Source: Candidatus Latescibacterota bacterium
Lineage (GTDB): Bacteria > Latescibacterota > UBA2968 > UBA8231
Assembly: GCA_965217585.1 (NCBI GenBank)
Contig: OZ244561.1
Coordinates: 1,760,001-1,824,000 of the forward strand
Direction: 5' to 3'
Length of the DNA stretch: 64,000 bases
The position numbers and the translations under genes were made by a program. Positions 60,482 through 64,000 of this stretch are shown here, in pieces (the first letter of the stretch is position 1; the number at the start of each line of letters is the position of its first letter). Below the pieces are notes generated by a model. That model was not told the origin of the DNA. It searched no databases and saw nothing but the letters and a program-made list of their open reading frames with translations.

Positions 60482-63196
60482 CTACTTGAGCAGCAGCATC
60501 TTCTTGACCTCGTGGAACTCTCCGCCCGCCGCCAAGCGGTAGAAATACATCCCCGAAGACAAGCTGTGTCCGCTGTCGTTGGTCGCGTCCCACTCCACTA
60601 CGTAGCGACCCGCGCTCTGATGCTCAGCAACCAGCGTCCGAACCGCCTGACCCACTACATTATATACGGTCAGTTCCACGTCCGCCGCCTGCGGCAACGC
60701 ATACTTGATCGTCGTCGCCGGGTTGAACGGGTTCGGATAGTTATTCGCCAACGCGAACGCCTCCGGACGCGTCTGCAACAGCACCGGCGCCGGCAGCGCC
60801 AGACGATTGAAGCCAAACTCGCTATCATACGTCTGGCTGTCGGTGATCTCGATGACCGTGTCCTCGATCTCCGTCCGCGCGCGGAAGACCAAGCTCAGCC
60901 CCACCTCGCCGTCGGAAACTACGTCCCCGTGGGCGACCAGCGCCAACACACCCGCTTCGTCAGAAAGCACCTGCGGGGCGGCCAACTCACTCCCACCCAG
61001 CGGCTGATCGGTCAAAGCCTGGACAAACTCTAGCTGGCTGGCGTCATACTGCACCTGCAAGCCGTAGCCCTTGACCGCGACGAAATCCGCTACGCGCACG
61101 TCGAGGACGAAGTCCTCACCCACGCTGGGCATCGCCGTCCGCGCATCCAGATACATCCGCGCATCGGCGTTGAGGCCCGCGAGCATGGGCACGCGCTTGC
61201 CAGCGCCAGCCGTGCTGCGGCCGAAGTTGTCGGCAAAGACGAAGAAATCGTCGAAGTCGATCATCGCGCTCGGCGCGAGGTCAAACGCGGGATCAAACCC
61301 GGCGTCTTCCGCCGTCAAACCGAAGAGATCGGCTAAGATGAAGAAGTCGTCGAAGCCTACGCGGTTGTCAGCACCGAACAGACCTAAAATCGCGCGACCT
61401 TCGCTATCGAACACGAGGTTGCGAACGGCCATCGCCGTCTGCTCTGCGTCAGAAACAGTCTCGTTGTCCAAGTCGAAGGGCCGCACCTGATAGGTGTAGC
61501 GCACGCTATTGAGCGCCGTCTCATCGACAAAGGACGGAACGCCGGCGTCCACCTGCGCGATCATAACAAACGCGTCTTCGCCCGCAGCGCGGCGATAGAT
61601 GCCGTAGCCATGAACGCCGACAACTGGCTCGGACGCGGCCGGGCCGATGGCCCCGGCAACGACGCCCTGCAAGAGCCGGTCGGACGGCGAGAGCGTCCAC
61701 GTCAGGAGGATGCGGCTGCCCTCGTCGTTAGGTGCGTCCAAGACGCTGAGGGACGGCACGGCCAACGGCGCAATGTTGTCGATAGCGCGAGCCGGCTCTT
61801 CGGTGAGGGTGATCTCCGAATGAGACAGCACCCCTTCGACGAGATTCAGCCTCGGGGCCACGCCTTGGGCGTAAGCGAGGGCTTCCGGCAGCAGCGAGGC
61901 GAACACCGGCGCGTCACCGACTTGAGCCGCCTCTCTACTGGCCAGCAGCGTCTCTGCCATCAGCTCGTAGGGCTGGTTCATGTCTTCGGCGCGGATGAAC
62001 GCGGCCTTAGCGGAAACGCGCGTAGCCGTGCTGGTGCGACCGTCGAGCTCGGCGGCAATGCCCCATTTGGTGAAGGTATTGTCGAGCGTGGCGACGATGG
62101 CGCGACCGACCTGTACCCCCGGCACGGCATCTACCATGGCCCAAGGAATCATCTCGCCGTCCAGCGCGGGAATTTCGCGGAAGATGCGATAGCCGTCCAG
62201 CGAGGCGTGATCGTCCGACAGATCCCAAGTCAGCAGCACGAAGCCGCCTTGGTCTCCGGCACCGTCAGCACCCCTGTAGTCTTCAGCTACCAACTGGTCC
62301 GGTGCATCCAAAGGAGGCAGCACCACTTCAATGGTGAACGGCTGCGACGCGCTGGCATTGGCACCGTCTGTCACTGTGTAGGTATACACGGTGGCAGGAG
62401 AAGCCGCCGTCGGCGTGCCCGAGACCGTCCGCGTGGCCTCGTCAAACGTCAAGCCAGCAGGCAACTCCGGCGTGAGAGAGTACGTCAACGGCGGCGTGCC
62501 GCCCGTAACCAACGGCAACACCAGCGGCTCAATCGCCCAGCCAAGCTCATACGTCTGATCGGAGGGCGGTCCGATAGACGACGCCGCCACCTCGATGCTG
62601 AACAACGGCTGCGACGCGCTAGCATTGGCACCGTCTGTCACTGTGTAGGTATACACGGTGGCCGGGGCCACCGCCGCCGGCGTGCCCGAGATCGTCCGCG
62701 TGGCTGGGTCAAACGTCAAGCCAGCAGGCAACTCCGGCGTGAGAGAGTACGTCAACGGCGGCGTGCCGCCCGTAACCAACGGCAACGTCACCGACTCAAT
62801 CGCCCTGCCAACCTCATACGTGTAAGCGTCGGACAGTTCGATAGACGACGCCGTCACCTCGATGCTGAACAACGGCTGCGACGCGCTGGCATTGGCACCG
62901 TCTGTCACAGTATAGGTGTACACGGTGGCAGGAGAAGCCGCCGCCGGCGTGCCCGAGATCGTCCGCGTGGCTGGGTCAAACGTCAAGCCAGCAGGCAACT
63001 CCGGCGTGAGAGAGTACGTCAACGGCGGCGTGCCGCCCGTAACCGCCGGCAACGTCAGCGGCTCAATCGCCGTACCAACCTCATACGTCTGATCGGTGAT
63101 CCCGTGTTCATCGGCCAAGGCGGTAGGTGTACCGATAAATAGACCGCTTGCTCCCAAAAGGGCTAGCAAAACAACTGTCAACAACTTTCGCTGCAT
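60482..63196 (-). CDS. Secreted protein with three He_PIG repeats, FN3-like, EF-hand/dockerin-like and cohesin-like domains and FlgD-Ig/T9SS-type CTD
   Basis: Signal peptide; LPAGLTFDxATRTxSGTP three times; DNRVGFDDFF...FG and MIDFDDFF...FG; VGEDFVLDV...YGLQVQYD; NYPNPFNP CTD. Confidence 0.85.
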   Translation of the reverse strand: MQRKLLTVVLLALLGASGLFIGTPTALADEHGITDQTYEVGTAIEPLTLPAVTGGTPPLTYSLTPELPAGLTFDPATRTISGTPAAASPATVYTYTVTDGANASASQPLFSIEVTASSIELSDAYTYEVGRAIESVTLPLVTGGTPPLTYSLTPELPAGLTFDPATRTISGTPAAVAPATVYTYTVTDGANASASQPLFSIEVAASSIGPPSDQTYELGWAIEPLVLPLVTGGTPPLTYSLTPELPAGLTFDEATRTVSGTPTAASPATVYTYTVTDGANASASQPFTIEVVLPPLDAPDQLVAEDYRGADGAGDQGGFVLLTWDLSDDHASLDGYRIFREIPALDGEMIPWAMVDAVPGVQVGRAIVATLDNTFTKWGIAAELDGRTSTATRVSAKAAFIRAEDMNQPYELMAETLLASREAAQVGDAPVFASLLPEALAYAQGVAPRLNLVEGVLSHSEITLTEEPARAIDNIAPLAVPSLSVLDAPNDEGSRILLTWTLSPSDRLLQGVVAGAIGPAASEPVVGVHGYGIYRRAAGEDAFVMIAQVDAGVPSFVDETALNSVRYTYQVRPFDLDNETVSDAEQTAMAVRNLVFDSEGRAILGLFGADNRVGFDDFFILADLFGLTAEDAGFDPAFDLAPSAMIDFDDFFVFADNFGRSTAGAGKRVPMLAGLNADARMYLDARTAMPSVGEDFVLDVRVADFVAVKGYGLQVQYDASQLEFVQALTDQPLGGSELAAPQVLSDEAGVLALVAHGDVVSDGEVGLSLVFRARTEIEDTVIEITDSQTYDSEFGFNRLALPAPVLLQTRPEAFALANNYPNPFNPATTIKYALPQAADVELTVYNVVGQAVRTLVAEHQSAGRYVVEWDATNDSGHSLSSGMYFYRLAAGGEFHEVKKMLLLK
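62330..63095. repeat. Three near-identical 267-nt He_PIG-encoding units
   Basis: cgtcaagccagcaggcaactccggcgtgagagagtacg at 62447, 62714 and 62981. Confidence 0.9.
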
Positions 63197-63372
63197 GGTT
63201 TTCTCCTTTCAATGTGATTTAGCGGACACTTGCTCGCCGAAGAGCACCAACAAGCGGCTGGCTCTTGACGACTGCCGCGGGATGCTTTCTTAGTTAATCA
63301 AAAATAACTATAATAACAAGCACTTTGTTAAAGATAATAATATTAAGCACTTTTTCGCAACCTTGCGACCAC

Positions 63373-64000
63373 ATGATCATCGACATCCACAGCCACGCTT
63401 GGCGGTACCCCGAGCATTTCACCGACCAGTTTCGCCAACAAGCTGCCCAAGTGGCCAAAGCCGATGAGTCCCTCGATCTAACCGTGACCTATGCAGCCTA
63501 TCGCGCGGGCGCGCAAAACTGCGATAAAACCATCGTCTTCGGCGGCAAGGCCCGGCGCTCTGGTCTGTGGGTTGATGATCGCTATGTCGCCGATTATGTC
63601 GCCGCTCATCCGGAGTCGCTGATCGGTTTCCTCTCGCTCGACCCCACCCAAGACGGCTGGGAGCAAGAAATGGCTTACGGGCACCAAGAACTCGGCCTCA
63701 AGGGAATCAAGCTGCTCTCCATGTACGCCGGCTTCTATCCGCACGACCAAAGCCTCGACCCGCTGTGGCACTACGCCGCCGAGCACGACCTGCCCGTGCT
63801 GCTGCACACCGGCACCACCTTCGTCGCCCAAGCCCCGCTCGACTGCACCTTGCCGCGCCATCTCGACCCGGTGGCCATCCGCTTCCCGGAGGTCAAAATC
63901 ATCATGGCCCACCTAGCGCATCCCTACGAGGGCGAGTGCTTGGCGGTCATCCGCAAACACCCCAATGTGTACGCCGACGTCAGCGCCCTCCACTATCGGC
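63373..64000 (+). CDS. Amidohydrolase family protein (Amidohydro_2), 3' end outside window
   Basis: Translated by hand: MIIDIHSH...LGLKGIKL...LPVLLHTG...KIIMAHLAHP...HPNVYADVSA. Confidence 0.9.
   Translation, partial: MIIDIHSHAWRYPEHFTDQFRQQAAQVAKADESLDLTVTYAAYRAGAQNCDKTIVFGGKARRSGLWVDDRYVADYVAAHPESLIGFLSLDPTQDGWEQEMAYGHQELGLKGIKLLSMYAGFYPHDQSLDPLWHYAAEHDLPVLLHTGTTFVAQAPLDCTLPRHLDPVAIRFPEVKIIMAHLAHPYEGECLAVIRKHPNVYADVSALHYR

Noticed and set aside
55798-63095. CRISPR array or diversity-generating retroelement
   Set aside because: The repeats are in-frame 267-318-nt protein domains without unique spacers; no cas or reverse transcriptase gene is present and I noticed no adenine-specific variation.
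61610-63142. 510-aa plus-strand repetitive ORF
   Set aside because: Antisense shadow of the He_PIG repeats.
63478-63912. 144-aa minus-strand ORF
   Set aside because: Antisense to the amidohydrolase that starts at 63373 and runs off the window.

Overview
A 64-kb bacterial chromosomal segment, mostly high GC. Three PhyH dioxygenases, a sulfatase, two Gfo/Idh/MocA oxidoreductases and large Ig-repeat proteins with FlgD-Ig/T9SS-type C-termini suggest an FCB-superphylum organism, possibly Latescibacterota-like (inference only). The main candidate for an undescribed system is a lower-GC minus-strand operon at 1-7037. It encodes a KOW+RHH regulator, an HTH-HerA/FtsK-type ATPase, an SPL-like radical SAM enzyme, a MORC-like GHKL ATPase and a methyltransferase-fold protein. 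A 5'-truncated second copy of the radical SAM gene follows, coupled to a different GHKL ATPase that runs off the window. I read it as a putative DNA-modification/defence system. Other accessory elements are: an AT-rich ABC-ATPase(DUF3696)+PIN cassette flanked by AATAAGG direct repeats, whose PIN gene reads in frame into a mannonate-dehydratase-like gene; an AlbA_2-HATPase gene beside an internally deleted HNH gene; and a three-gene array of secreted Ig-repeat proteins separated by a hairpin that may serve as both terminator and promoter. The rest is metabolic and transport genes (katG, DAHP synthase, ABC and MFS transporters). I recognised no rRNA, tRNA, CRISPR array, integrase or transposase. 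All family calls come from motifs read by eye, not database searches.
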